A stretch of 64,000 bases of DNA from Occultella glacieicola. GTDB lineage: Bacteria > Actinomycetota > Actinomycetes > Actinomycetales > Beutenbergiaceae. The stretch spans positions 248,001 to 312,000 of the forward strand of contig NZ_SMNA01000006.1 of NCBI RefSeq assembly GCF_004353825.1, read 5' to 3'. Under the pieces are notes generated by a model. That model ran no database searches. It was given only the letters and a program-made list of their open reading frames with translations, and was not told the origin of the DNA. Of this stretch, positions 18,909 to 28,383 are shown piece by piece. Position 1 is the stretch's first letter, and each line of letters starts with the position of its first letter. The position numbers and the translations under genes are program-made.

Positions 18909-20480
18909 ATGTCCGAGGCTCGCAAGGGCAACCGGCTCGCCATCCTGCTCGCGATGGCAATGTTCGTCCTCGTCGTGGACACCTCGCTCATGAACGTGTC
19001 GATCTCCCAGGTCGTCGTCGACCTGGACACGACGGTCAGCGGCGTCCAGTCCGCGATCGCGCTCGAAGCCCTCGTCTCCGCCGCGTTCATCCTGATCGGG
19101 AGCAAGGTGGCGGACCTGATCGGCCGCAAGCGCGCCTACGCGATCGGGCTGATCTGCTACGCGATCGGCGCCATCGCCATGACCCTCTCGCGCGACCTGA
19201 CGGCGATCATTGTCTTCTGGGCGATCGTCGGCGGACTCGGCGCATCGTTGCTCCTGCCGTCGATGCAGGCGCTCATCCACGGCAACTTCCGCGACGACGA
19301 ACAGCGCCGGGTCTACGCGCTCGTCGGTGCCGCGGCCGCGATCGCCGCCGCGGTGGGTCCCCTCCTCGGTGGGGCGATCACGACCTTCCTCTCCTGGCGC
19401 GTGGGCTTCCTGCTCGAGGCGGTCATGATCGCCGTGGTCCTCGCCGGCCTCGGCCTGGTCCGGGATGCGAAGTACACCGGCCCCCGCGGGATCGACCTCG
19501 TCGGCGCGATCCTCTCGGTCGTCGGCATGGGCGGCACCGTCCTGGGCATCCTGGTCTGGCAGGAGGGCGGCGACTCGGTCGCGATCCTGATGGGCATCGG
19601 CGTCGCGTCCCTGCTCGGACTGGGCGTCTGGCTCTTCCGGGCCAAGGCTGCCGGCCGCCTCACCCTCATCGACCCGGAGGTGTTGCGCTCGGCCGGGTTC
19701 CGGCTCGGCATCAGCGGTCAGCTGCTCCAGCAGATCGCGCTCGGCGGCTCCATGATCGTCCTGCCGATCTACTTCCAGATCGTGCTCGAGTACGACGCGC
19801 TGCGGGCCGGCCTGTCCCTGGCGCCCCTGTCGCTGAGCATGTTCGGTGCCTCCCTGCTGATGTCCAAGCGTGGCGGCAGTCGGCGGCCTAGCTCGATCAT
19901 CGGAGCCGGCTACCTCCTGATGCTGGTCGGGATGGCGGTGCTCATTCCCTTCGTGCCCCGCGCCGGTTCCGGCTGGGCGTTCGTGATCCCGCTCGTCATC
20001 ACCGGCACGGGCCTCGGGCTGCTGGTGTCCCAGCTGAACAACTACACCCTCTCCCCGGTCGACGAGCAACGGGTCAGCGAGGCGGCGGGCGTGAACTCGG
20101 CCGGTGGGTCGTTCGGCCTATCGTTCGGTCTGGCACTGGCCGGTGCCCTCATGCTCGCCACGCTCTCGGTGACGTTCACCTCCATGGCCAACGACAGCCA
20201 CGTGCTGCCACCCGAGGTCCAGGGACAGGTCGCCGATGCGCTCGAGACCGACGCCGAACTCGTCACGAACACCAACCTCGACGCGCTCCTCGAGGACGAG
20301 CCGCCCGAGATCCAGGCCGAGATCATCCGGATCAACACCGAGGCGCGTCCGCTCGCTCTCCAGATCGCCCTGGTGGTCCCGCTCCTCTCGGCGGCGCTCG
20401 GGCTCGTCGTGGCCGCCCGGATGCGACGGCTGCCCGATCCGGTGGCCTCCGGTGCGGCCGACAGCGTCCTCGGCGGCTGA
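18909..20480 (+). CDS. MFS transporter (DHA2-like)
   Basis: Motif A GSKVADLIGRKR; about 14 hydrophobic segments; GAGGAG before ATG. Confidence 0.92.
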   Translation: MSEARKGNRLAILLAMAMFVLVVDTSLMNVSISQVVVDLDTTVSGVQSAIALEALVSAAFILIGSKVADLIGRKRAYAIGLICYAIGAIAMTLSRDLTAIIVFWAIVGGLGASLLLPSMQALIHGNFRDDEQRRVYALVGAAAAIAAAVGPLLGGAITTFLSWRVGFLLEAVMIAVVLAGLGLVRDAKYTGPRGIDLVGAILSVVGMGGTVLGILVWQEGGDSVAILMGIGVASLLGLGVWLFRAKAAGRLTLIDPEVLRSAGFRLGISGQLLQQIALGGSMIVLPIYFQIVLEYDALRAGLSLAPLSLSMFGASLLMSKRGGSRRPSSIIGAGYLLMLVGMAVLIPFVPRAGSGWAFVIPLVITGTGLGLLVSQLNNYTLSPVDEQRVSEAAGVNSAGGSFGLSFGLALAGALMLATLSVTFTSMANDSHVLPPEVQGQVADALETDAELVTNTNLDALLEDEPPEIQAEIIRINTEARPLALQIALVVPLLSAALGLVVAARMRRLPDPVASGAADSVLGG

Positions 20481-20530
20481 CGAACGCGAGGCCGCGGGGC
20501 CCGGGGTGGCCCCGACCCGGCACCGACCTG

Positions 20531-21433
20531 CGGCACCGGTATCAGAATTGCATGGACCCACCTCCTTCGAGCACGTAGAACTGACTCTCCCCGAACTCGA
20601 CCGGCGATCGGGGATCACGGCACGTACCGGAAGGCTTCCCGATGCTCGACGTACGCTCCCTCGGGACGATCCTGGGCGTCTGGGCGCATCCGGACGACGA
20701 GGCGTTCCTCACGGCCGGTCTGATGGCCGCGGCCCGCGACGCCGGGCAACGCGTCGTGGTCGTCACCGCGACCCACGGCGAACACGGCACGACCGACCCC
20801 GCCGGTTGGCCGCCCGACCGGCTCGGCCGGATCCGTGCACTTGAGCTGGCCGCTTCCCTTGCGGCGCTCGAAGTGAGGGAGCACAGGCACCTGGGTCACC
20901 CCGACGGCAGCCTGGCCCGCCAGCACCAGCTGCAGGCGATCGACGAGCTCGCGGCAATCGTCGAGGACGTGCAGCCGGACACCATCGTGACTTTCGGGCC
21001 GGACGGGCTCACCGGACACGAGGATCATCAGACCGTGTCCGCGTGGGCAGGCACGGCGCGCGCGGCGTCGGCCCCGCAGGCCCGGCTGCTGTTCGCGACC
21101 ACCACGGAATCCTTCGTGCGCCGCTGGGCACACGTGCACGACCGGCTCAACGTGTTCCTCGCCGACGGGCTGCCGCTGCGCACCCCCGACGCCGACGTGG
21201 CGCTGACCCTCGACCTGAGCGGCGCGGACGCCGACCGTAAGCTCGTCGCCCTGCGGGCACATGCCTCCCAGACGGCCGGCATGCTCGCCACGATCGGCGC
21301 GGACACACTGCGCGAGTGGTGGTCGGTCGAGACGTTCCTGGACGCCGACCGCACGCCGCTCCCCCAACGCCGGGGCGCGGATGCGGGCGCTGCCGCGGTT
21401 CCGGGCTGGGGCACCTGGCAACTCGTGGGCTGA
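20531..21433 (+). repeat. Diverged direct repeat, copy A (upstream region + PIG-L gene); copy B at ~24148-25056
   Basis: Upstream CGGCACCGG(G)TATCA...CGACCGGCGATCGGG...ACCGGAAGG...CCCGATG and the coding sequence align by eye. Confidence 0.85.
20642..21433 (+). CDS. PIG-L/LmbE-family deacetylase
   Basis: WAHPDDE, TATHGE, GHEDH, AHASQ motifs. Confidence 0.93.
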   Translation: MLDVRSLGTILGVWAHPDDEAFLTAGLMAAARDAGQRVVVVTATHGEHGTTDPAGWPPDRLGRIRALELAASLAALEVREHRHLGHPDGSLARQHQLQAIDELAAIVEDVQPDTIVTFGPDGLTGHEDHQTVSAWAGTARAASAPQARLLFATTTESFVRRWAHVHDRLNVFLADGLPLRTPDADVALTLDLSGADADRKLVALRAHASQTAGMLATIGADTLREWWSVETFLDADRTPLPQRRGADAGAAAVPGWGTWQLVG

Positions 21434-21466
21434 ACCGCTGAGGAGTGCGTCGGTAGCATCCCGGGC

Positions 21467-22240
21467 ATGCTGCGCCACGACCGCGATCCCCTGACCGAAG
21501 CCGAGCAGGTCCGGGTCGACGCGGTCCTCACCGGTGCCGTGGATGCCGACGGCGAACTGATCGGGGTCTAGGGCCAGGGCTCGCGGTTCACGGGCCTCGC
21601 CACGGGTTCGGACCTCGACCTCGTGCTCGTCTGGGACGCCACACTTCCGACCACGCCACTGCAGACCGACGCGACGCGGCACGTCGTCGACCCCGAGCAC
21701 CACCTGGAGGTCCGGCGCGACGCCGCGGACGGCATCGACGTCGACCTCGTGCACACCACCCTGGGTCGGCTCGAGGAGACGGCCGACCGGGTCGGGTGCG
21801 GGGAGGGCTGGAACACCTCGGAATGGCCCGATCCGCTCTACACGGTGGCCGGACTCGCACAGTCCACCCTGCTCCTCGACCGCTCGGGAACGGTCGCGGA
21901 ACTACGTCACCGTGTCCAGGTACCGACCGATACGTTCCGCAGCGCGGTCGACACGACGTTCCGCAGCGCCGCCCCCGCGTTCCTCGCGGAGCTCGGGAAC
22001 GCGGACCGGAGCGGTCATCACTGGCTGTCTCACAAGCTTCAGACCGACCTCATGCGGCTCGCGTACGTTCAACTCTTCGCACGGTCGGGCCACTACGCAC
22101 CTTTCCCGAAGCACCTGCCCGCCTGGTTCCGACGCCTCGAGATCGACCGGGACGTTCGGGAGGCGGAGCGAGCCGCCTGGGAGAGCGGCGAACGACTGAT
22201 CGCCATGACGCGACTCGTCGAACTCCTCGGCGTCCGGTGA
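21467..22240 (+). pseudogene. Pol-beta-superfamily nucleotidyltransferase plus helical domain, interrupted by in-frame TAG at 21569-21571
   Basis: MLRHDRDPL...GELIGV*GQGSRFTGLATGSDLDLVLVW carries the GS-x8-DxD motif; TAGCAT -10 box 7 nt before ATG 21467; frame continues into ORF 21623..22240. Confidence 0.72.
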
Positions 22241-22304
22241 CTGCGTGTCCTTGACGCACGTCGACCTGCGCATCATCCCCGGGCGCCGTAGCCGGGGCGC
22301 GGGG

Positions 22305-22625
22305 TCAGCACATGATGCGCTGGAGTCCCGGGATCAGCGAGAGCACCACCGGCACGAGGAAGATCGACGCGAGGAACGCCCATCCTCCGGTCAGCCGGCG
22401 GTCGCGTTGCATGGCGCTCTCACGGCGCCACCAGGGCACCGGCTCGAGTACCAGGAACACCAGCCAGAGCGGTCCGGCGCAGCCGAGCCAGAACCACGCC
22501 CACTTGGTCGCGAGCCGGGGTTGGGGACCGGCCACGAGCAGGATCAGGGCGACAAGCACGCCGAGCGCACCGACGTTGATGTGAACGGAGGGCTCGAGCG
22601 GGTCGTGCGTGATCGTCACGTTCAC
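22305..22625 (-). CDS. Small membrane protein, probably a 5'-truncated remnant
   Basis: Hydrophobic, with GPQPRLATKWAWFWL...RRLTGGWAFL; abuts the AsnC fragment with no room for a promoter. Confidence 0.5.
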   Translation of the reverse strand: MNVTITHDPLEPSVHINVGALGVLVALILLVAGPQPRLATKWAWFWLGCAGPLWLVFLVLEPVPWWRRESAMQRDRRLTGGWAFLASIFLVPVVLSLIPGLQRIMC

Positions 22626-22633
22626 CGTTGCCC

Positions 22634-22960
22634 CACCCCCGCGCCCGGGTCGGCGCCGTCGCGGAGGCCGCCGGCACCAGCGCGCCTACCGTCTCCCTGT
22701 GTCTGGCCACCCTCCTCGGGCCGGTCGTGCGAGTGATCGGCGTCCTCGATCAACAGCGGGCGCATGCCGGGTTCGCCGTCTTCCTCCGGCTGCGGTGGGT
22801 GCCGGGCGCGAGCGCCGACGTGGCCCGCGCCGTCTCCGATTGGCCCGATTCCGGCTACGTCTGCGTGATCGGCGGCGAACTCGACTGCGCCGCACAGCTG
22901 CATGTGCGCTCGACCCGGCACCCGCTCGAGACCACCAGCGACCAGCTGAAGTCGGTCCGA
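22634..22960 (+). pseudogene. Internal fragment of an Lrp/AsnC regulator, paralogous to 25180..26193
   Basis: 109 codons with 19 aa differences from the intact copy (manual count); both ends missing. Confidence 0.88.
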
Positions 22961-23183
22961 CGCGATGACGTTGTTCCGTCGCTCGGTGGGCGCCACGATC
23001 GGCTCCTATCTCACCCGGTACCGCGTCGCCGCGGCGCAGCGGCTGCTCATCAGCACCGTAATGACGACGGCGGAGATCGCCCACGCAGCCGGGTTCGGCT
23101 CCCGGAGCACCTTCTACACCCGGTTCACCCGAATCTGTGGGCTGGCGCCGGGGGCGTATCGGACCGCCGTGCGGGCCGGGTGA
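22961..23183 (+). pseudogene. C-terminal HTH fragment of an AraC regulator, paralogous to 16022..16855
   Basis: MTLFRRSVGATIGSYLTRYRVAAAQRLLI versus MTLFRRSVGTTIGTYLSRCRVAEAQRLLI; 17 differences in 66 aa (manual count). Confidence 0.85.
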
Positions 23184-23195
23184 CTGTGAGTGCGC

Positions 23196-23975
23196 TCAGG
23201 CGGCCGGCGCAGTGACCGCTGCGATGATCGCGGCACCGATGCCGACCAGGACTCCGGGCACGCCGGCGGCGAGCGCCATCACCACGCCGAACTTCTGGGT
23301 GGCCGGCATCACGTCGTCGAAGCCGACCGCCTCGATCGCAGCCTTGAGCGGCTTGGCGATCTCTGCCGAGGAGAAGGTGTAGTCGACCTTCTTGCCGATA
23401 CCTTTCGCGTCGGCGCCGACCTCCACCTGCTTCTGGATGGTGTAGACGCGTCCACCCACCGTTCGGCCCTTGCCCGTGAACCGTGGCCTCGCCGTCCCGT
23501 CGACCCACACCGTCCACTCCAGGTCCTGGAGCGTATCCTGCCGGGCGACGGCGCCCTGGCGCACGGGGATCACGGCGGTGGTGAAGAGGGTCGCGACGCG
23601 GCGCGCGCCGCCGATGGTCAGGAAGCGCGCATCGGCGAGGTCCGCGCTGACCCTGATGCTGCCCGGGGTCGCCCGAACCGCGTACGGCGAGCCCGCGAAC
23701 GCCCGCTCGATCTCGGCGTGCAGGCGATCCCATCCCTGCATCGCCGCAGCGTCAGGCGTCGCCGTACCTTCGATGAGTCGCTCCTGCGCCCGGATGCGGG
23801 GCGCGAAGGTGAACGCCACGATCGCGACGACGGCGAAGATGGCACCGACCACGAACAAGACGATCGGCGCGACCGCTACGTCGTCGACCGTCAGCACTGC
23901 GCCGATCACGAGCAGGACCAGGGACAGGACGCCGAAGATGGACCCGAGCAGCCAGGCCAACGTTGAGAGTTTCAT
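23196..23975 (-). CDS. Hypothetical membrane protein (2 N-terminal TM, 1 C-terminal TM)
   Basis: 259-aa ATG ORF with protein-like composition; family not recognised. Confidence 0.75.
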   Translation of the reverse strand: MKLSTLAWLLGSIFGVLSLVLLVIGAVLTVDDVAVAPIVLFVVGAIFAVVAIVAFTFAPRIRAQERLIEGTATPDAAAMQGWDRLHAEIERAFAGSPYAVRATPGSIRVSADLADARFLTIGGARRVATLFTTAVIPVRQGAVARQDTLQDLEWTVWVDGTARPRFTGKGRTVGGRVYTIQKQVEVGADAKGIGKKVDYTFSSAEIAKPLKAAIEAVGFDDVMPATQKFGVVMALAAGVPGVLVGIGAAIIAAVTAPAA

Positions 23976-24267
23976 GCCGCCATGAAATCAGAACTCGGAA
24001 CGCATCAAGCGGCATCGTTCGACGACGAGCAGCCCGCAGGTCTCACCCAGGAGGCAGTCCGACCCGCAGCGCGATCTGGGCGTCGCGCAGCCCGGTGCCG
24101 GCTCAAGCGAGCCCCCACAACCGCTCCACGACTGTGTCGGGCGGTCACGGCACCGGGTATCAAGATTCCGTGGACCGTCTCCGCCACGAGCAAGTACGGA
24201 CTGGGCCCGATCTCTCAAGGACGACCGGCGATCGGGGGATCACCGCACGGACCGGAAGGGTTGCCCG

Positions 24268-25056
24268 ATGCACGACGCAGGCTCCCTCGGCACGATCCTC
24301 GGTATCTGGGCGCACCCGGACGACGAGGTGTTCCTGTCCGCCGGCCTGGTGGCCGCCGCCCGTGATGCCGGCCGGCGGGTCGTGGTGGTCACCGCCACGC
24401 TCGGCAAGCACGGCACCACGGACGCGACGCAATGGGCGCCCGATCGCCTCGGCCGGGTCCGCGGACTCGAGCTCGCCGCCTCACTCGCCGCGGTCGGGGT
24501 CACAGAGCACAGGCAGCTGGGTCACCCGGACGGCAGTCTGGCCCGCCAGCAGCAGCTGCAGGCGATCGATGAGCTCGCGGATCGTGGAGCAGGTGCGGCC
24601 GGACACCCATCGTCACGTTCGGACCGGACGTGCTCACCGGACACGAGGACCATCAGACCGTGGCCGCCTGGGCGAGCACGGCGCGCGCGGCTGCGGCCCC
24701 GCACGCCCGCCAGCTGATCGCGACCACCACGGAGTCGTTCGTACGCCGCTGGGCACACGTGCACGACCGGCTTGAGGTCTTCCTCGCCGACGGGCTGCCG
24801 CTGCGCACCCCCGACGCCGACGTCGCCCTGACCCTCGAACTGAGCGGGCCGGGCGCCGACCGCAAGCTCGTCGCCCTGCGGGCGCACGCCTCCCAGACGG
24901 CCGGCATGCTCGCCGCGATCGGCGAGGACGCGCTGCGCGAGTGGTGGTCGGTCGAGACGTTCCTAAACGCCGACCGCCCCGCTGCGCCAGCGCCGCAGCG
25001 CGGATCCGGGCAGCGCCGCGGTTGCAACCTGGGGCACCTGGCAGCTCGTCGGCTGA
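24268..25056 (+). pseudogene. Frameshifted second copy of the PIG-L deacetylase
   Basis: Relative to copy A: 2-nt deletion near 24580, 1-nt insertion near 24607, another shift near 24990; ends ...WGTWQLVG-TGA as copy A does. Confidence 0.88.
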
Positions 25057-25179
25057 GCCGCGCTCTCCCGAGGTGGTCCGAGGGCCCTCTGCAGCGTGTG
25101 GACCTCAGCGCTCACGTGAGGACTGCGCATGTGACAATCGACCACCTGATGAGCACATCCACTCCGTGCAGGAACCCCG

Positions 25180-26193
25180 ATGACTGATCCGGTCGACGTC
25201 CAGGACGTCGACGTCCGTATCGTCGCCGCCCTGCTCGCGCATCCGCGCGCTCGCGTGGGCGCCCTCGCCGAGGCCGCGGGCACCAGCGCGCCCACCGTCT
25301 CCCGACGCCTCGCGTCCCTGCTCGGACCGGTCGTGCGGGTGGTCGCCGTGATCGATCAGCAGCGCTCCGACGCCGGGTTCGCCGTCTTCCTGCGGCTTCG
25401 GTGCGTGCCCGGCGCGAGCGCCGACGTCGCCAGGGCCGTCTCCGAGTGGCCCGAGTCCGGGTATGTCTCGGTGATCGGCGGCGAGCTCGACTGCGCGGCA
25501 CAGCTCCACGTGCGCTCGACCCGGCACCTGCTCGAGATCACCGGCGACCGGCTCAGGTGCGTGCGCGGCGTGATCGGAAGCTCGACGTCGAAGATCATCC
25601 GCCGGTTCTCCACGCCGCACGGCTGGACCGGTGCGGTCCTGTCCGAACGCGCCATGACGGTGCTGCGGTCGGGTCGCCTGGACCACTGGACCGAGGACCG
25701 CCGCCAGGTGAGCCACCGGATGGACGACCTGGACCACGCGGTCGCGGCCGAACTCGCCGAGCACGGGCGCCGCAGCTGGCGGGAGGTGGCGGACCCGCTC
25801 GGGATCCAGCCGGCGACGGCGCGGCGGCGCGCCGAGGCGATGATGGCGGCGGGTCTGCTCCGCCTGCGCACCGTCGTCCAGCCCGCCGCGCTCGGCCAGC
25901 CGGTCGTCGCATTCATCTGGCTGCGGGTGGCCCCGTCGCGGCTGGAGTCCGTGGGCCGAGCCCTGGCGGCACACCCGAACGTGCTCAACATCGCCGCCAC
26001 CACCGGTCATACCAACCTGTGCGGCGAGGTCGCGCTCGCCTCGGACGAGGCCCTGTACCGGTTCATCACCGAGGACGTCGGCCAGCTCCCGGGCGTGGCA
26101 GGCGTGGACGTGTCCGACGGTCTCGACGTCATCAAACGCGCCTCGCACGTGTTCGAGCCGGTCGCTGCCGGGAGCGCGGACCCCGCTCGCTGA
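25180..26193 (+). CDS. Lrp/AsnC-family regulator (tandem two-module type)
   Basis: Two HTH-RAM modules (DVDVRIVAALLAHPRA...; MDDLDHAVAAELAEHGRRSW...). Confidence 0.9.
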   Translation: MTDPVDVQDVDVRIVAALLAHPRARVGALAEAAGTSAPTVSRRLASLLGPVVRVVAVIDQQRSDAGFAVFLRLRCVPGASADVARAVSEWPESGYVSVIGGELDCAAQLHVRSTRHLLEITGDRLRCVRGVIGSSTSKIIRRFSTPHGWTGAVLSERAMTVLRSGRLDHWTEDRRQVSHRMDDLDHAVAAELAEHGRRSWREVADPLGIQPATARRRAEAMMAAGLLRLRTVVQPAALGQPVVAFIWLRVAPSRLESVGRALAAHPNVLNIAATTGHTNLCGEVALASDEALYRFITEDVGQLPGVAGVDVSDGLDVIKRASHVFEPVAAGSADPAR

Positions 26194-26254
26194 CGCCGGC
26201 TCCGAGCGGCGGGATCGCACCGACATCCACTCGGCGCGACGATTTCGTTCAGAT

Positions 26255-26268
26255 GATGCACCTGCATC
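26255..26268. promoter_or_regulatory. Candidate operator upstream of the D-aminoacylase operon
   Basis: GATGCA-CC-TGCATC palindrome; TATGTT -10-like box at 26321-26326. Confidence 0.35.
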
Positions 26269-26358
26269 GGCTGGAATCCTCAATCCCGGACCGGTTCGAG
26301 CCCATCCGCGCTCGTGTGGGTATGTTCTCGCGCAACCCATCCACGAAGCGGAGCACGC

Positions 26359-27978
26359 GTGACGACCACCCTGATCGCCGGCGGTCTCCTCATCGACGGC
26401 ACCGGCGCCCCGGGCCGACTCGCCGACGTCCGCGTCGCGGACGGACGGATCGCGTCGATCGAGCCCGTCACCGGGCCCGACCGCGTGGCCGGACCCAGCG
26501 GCGCCGCCACGATCGGCGCCGACCGGTTGATCGAGGCGACGGGTCTGGTGGTCTGTCCCGGCTTCATCGACATGCACGCCCACTCGGATCTCGCCCTGAT
26601 CCGTGAGCCGGACCGGCTCGGCGCCGTCAGTCAGGGCGTCACCACGGAGGTGATCGGTCAGGACGGGCTCTCCTACGCGCCGGTCACCGCGCAGGTGGTG
26701 GGGGAACTGCACGATCGCATCCGTGGCTGGAACGGGGACCTTCCCGACGGCGGCATCACCTGGCGCACCGTCCCCGAGTTCCTCGACCATGTCAGTGGCG
26801 CGGCGGTGAACGTGGCCTATCTGGTCCCACACGGCACCCTCCGGTTGCTCGTCATGGGCACCGAGCACCGCCCCGCGACGCCCACCGAACTGGACCGGAT
26901 GGCCGGCCTGCTCGCCGATGCCCTGGCGGGCGGCGCCGTCGGGCTCTCGACCGGACTGACGTACGTGCCGGCCATGTTCGCCGACGACGACGAGCTGGCC
27001 CGGCTGTGCGAGGTGGTCACCGCCCACGGCGGCTACTACGCGCCGCACCACCGCAGTTACGGCGCCGGGGCACTGGCGGCGTATGCGCAGTGCCTGGACC
27101 TCGGCCGACACACCGGTGTGGCCGTGCACCTGACCCACGCGCACCTCAGCTACCCGGTGAACCGCGGCCGCGCCGCGGAACTGCTCGCCCTCGTGGACGC
27201 CGCCCTGGCCGACGGTGTCGACGTCACCCTCGACTCCTACCCGTACATCGTCGGGTCCAGCTACCTGCACGCGCCGTTGCCCGGGTTCCTCCAGCAGCGG
27301 GGCGTGGACGAGATCGTCGAACTCCTGGACCGCCCCGATGTGCGCGAGGACCTCCTCGTACGTCTCGAACGGCGTGGCACCACCGGTTCGAACGGCGTGC
27401 CCGTGGACTGGACCAGGGTGGTCATCGGTTCGGCCGGGGACCCGGCACTGCCCGGGCTCTCCGTCGCCGACGTCGCGCAGCGCCGGGGCGTCCGGTCGAT
27501 CGACGCCTACTGCGACATCCTGATCTCCGAACGGCTGAGTGCCCTGGCACTGTTCCACGACGGTGACGAGACCAACGTGCGCACCGTCCTGTCCCATCCG
27601 CGCCACTGCGCCGGCAGCGACGGTCTGCTCGTCGGGCAGCGGCCGCACCCGCGCGCATTCGGGACGTTCGCCCGCTACCTCGGCCGGTACTCCCGGGACC
27701 TCGACCTGGTGCCGCTGGAGCGGATGATCCACAAGATGACCGCACTGCCGGCCGGCCGGATCGGGCTGGCCGACCGCGGCGTCCTCGCCGCGGGCGCCGC
27801 CGCCGACGTCGTCTGCTTCGACCCGGCCACGGTGGCCGACCGCGCCACCTTCGACGAACCCCGCCGGAGGGCCGTCGGCCTCCACCACGTGCTCGTGAAC
27901 GGCGAACCGGTCCTGACCCACACCCGCCCCACCGGCGCCCGACCCGGACACGCCGTGACCAACCGAGAGGCAGCCTGA
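26359..27978 (+). CDS. N-acyl-D-amino-acid deacylase family amidohydrolase
   Basis: PGFIDMHAHSD, QGVTTEVIGQDG, GLSTGLTYVP, GSDG...HPRAFGTF. Confidence 0.93.
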   Translation: MTTTLIAGGLLIDGTGAPGRLADVRVADGRIASIEPVTGPDRVAGPSGAATIGADRLIEATGLVVCPGFIDMHAHSDLALIREPDRLGAVSQGVTTEVIGQDGLSYAPVTAQVVGELHDRIRGWNGDLPDGGITWRTVPEFLDHVSGAAVNVAYLVPHGTLRLLVMGTEHRPATPTELDRMAGLLADALAGGAVGLSTGLTYVPAMFADDDELARLCEVVTAHGGYYAPHHRSYGAGALAAYAQCLDLGRHTGVAVHLTHAHLSYPVNRGRAAELLALVDAALADGVDVTLDSYPYIVGSSYLHAPLPGFLQQRGVDEIVELLDRPDVREDLLVRLERRGTTGSNGVPVDWTRVVIGSAGDPALPGLSVADVAQRRGVRSIDAYCDILISERLSALALFHDGDETNVRTVLSHPRHCAGSDGLLVGQRPHPRAFGTFARYLGRYSRDLDLVPLERMIHKMTALPAGRIGLADRGVLAAGAAADVVCFDPATVADRATFDEPRRRAVGLHHVLVNGEPVLTHTRPTGARPGHAVTNREAA

Positions 27979-27981
27979 GGC

Positions 27982-28383
27982 ATGAACCAGCAGTCGATCA
28001 CCAAGCGCACGCTCACCGAGGGGCTGCCGCAGCCCGCGGGCCCGTACAGCCACGTCGCCACCATCGGCGACCTGGTGCTCACCGCCGGCTTCGGGCCGCA
28101 GGACCCGCTCACCGGCGCCGTCCCGGACGGCGTCGCGGCCCAGACCGACGCGGTCCTGGCGAACGTGGCCACCGCCCTCGGCGCCGTGGGAGCGGACCTC
28201 GACGACGTGCTGAAGGTGACCGTGCACCTGGCCGACGTCCGCCGCGACTTCGCGGAGTTCAACACCGCCTACGCCACCCACTTCGACGCGCCGTACCCGG
28301 TGCGAACCACCGTGGGTAGCGACCTGCCCGGCATCCTCGTCGAGATCGACGTGGTCGCCCGGCGCGGACCGGAGGCGCGATGA
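27982..28383 (+). CDS. RidA/YjgF-family enamine/imine deaminase
   Basis: PAGPYSH, YPVRTTVGSDLPGILVEID. Confidence 0.93.
   Translation: MNQQSITKRTLTEGLPQPAGPYSHVATIGDLVLTAGFGPQDPLTGAVPDGVAAQTDAVLANVATALGAVGADLDDVLKVTVHLADVRRDFAEFNTAYATHFDAPYPVRTTVGSDLPGILVEIDVVARRGPEAR

Noticed and set aside
21569..21571. Pyrrolysine decoding of the in-frame TAG
   Set aside because: No pyl genes in the window; a single substitution explains the stop more simply.
20531..25056. Repeats as an IS or prophage boundary, or as a diversity-generating retroelement template/variable pair
   Set aside because: No transposase, integrase or reverse transcriptase in the window; differences include indels and are not confined to adenines.
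25155..26232. ACATCCACTC on both sides of asnC as a target-site duplication
   Set aside because: The same 10-mer also occurs at 5958 and no mobile element lies between the copies; treated as chance.
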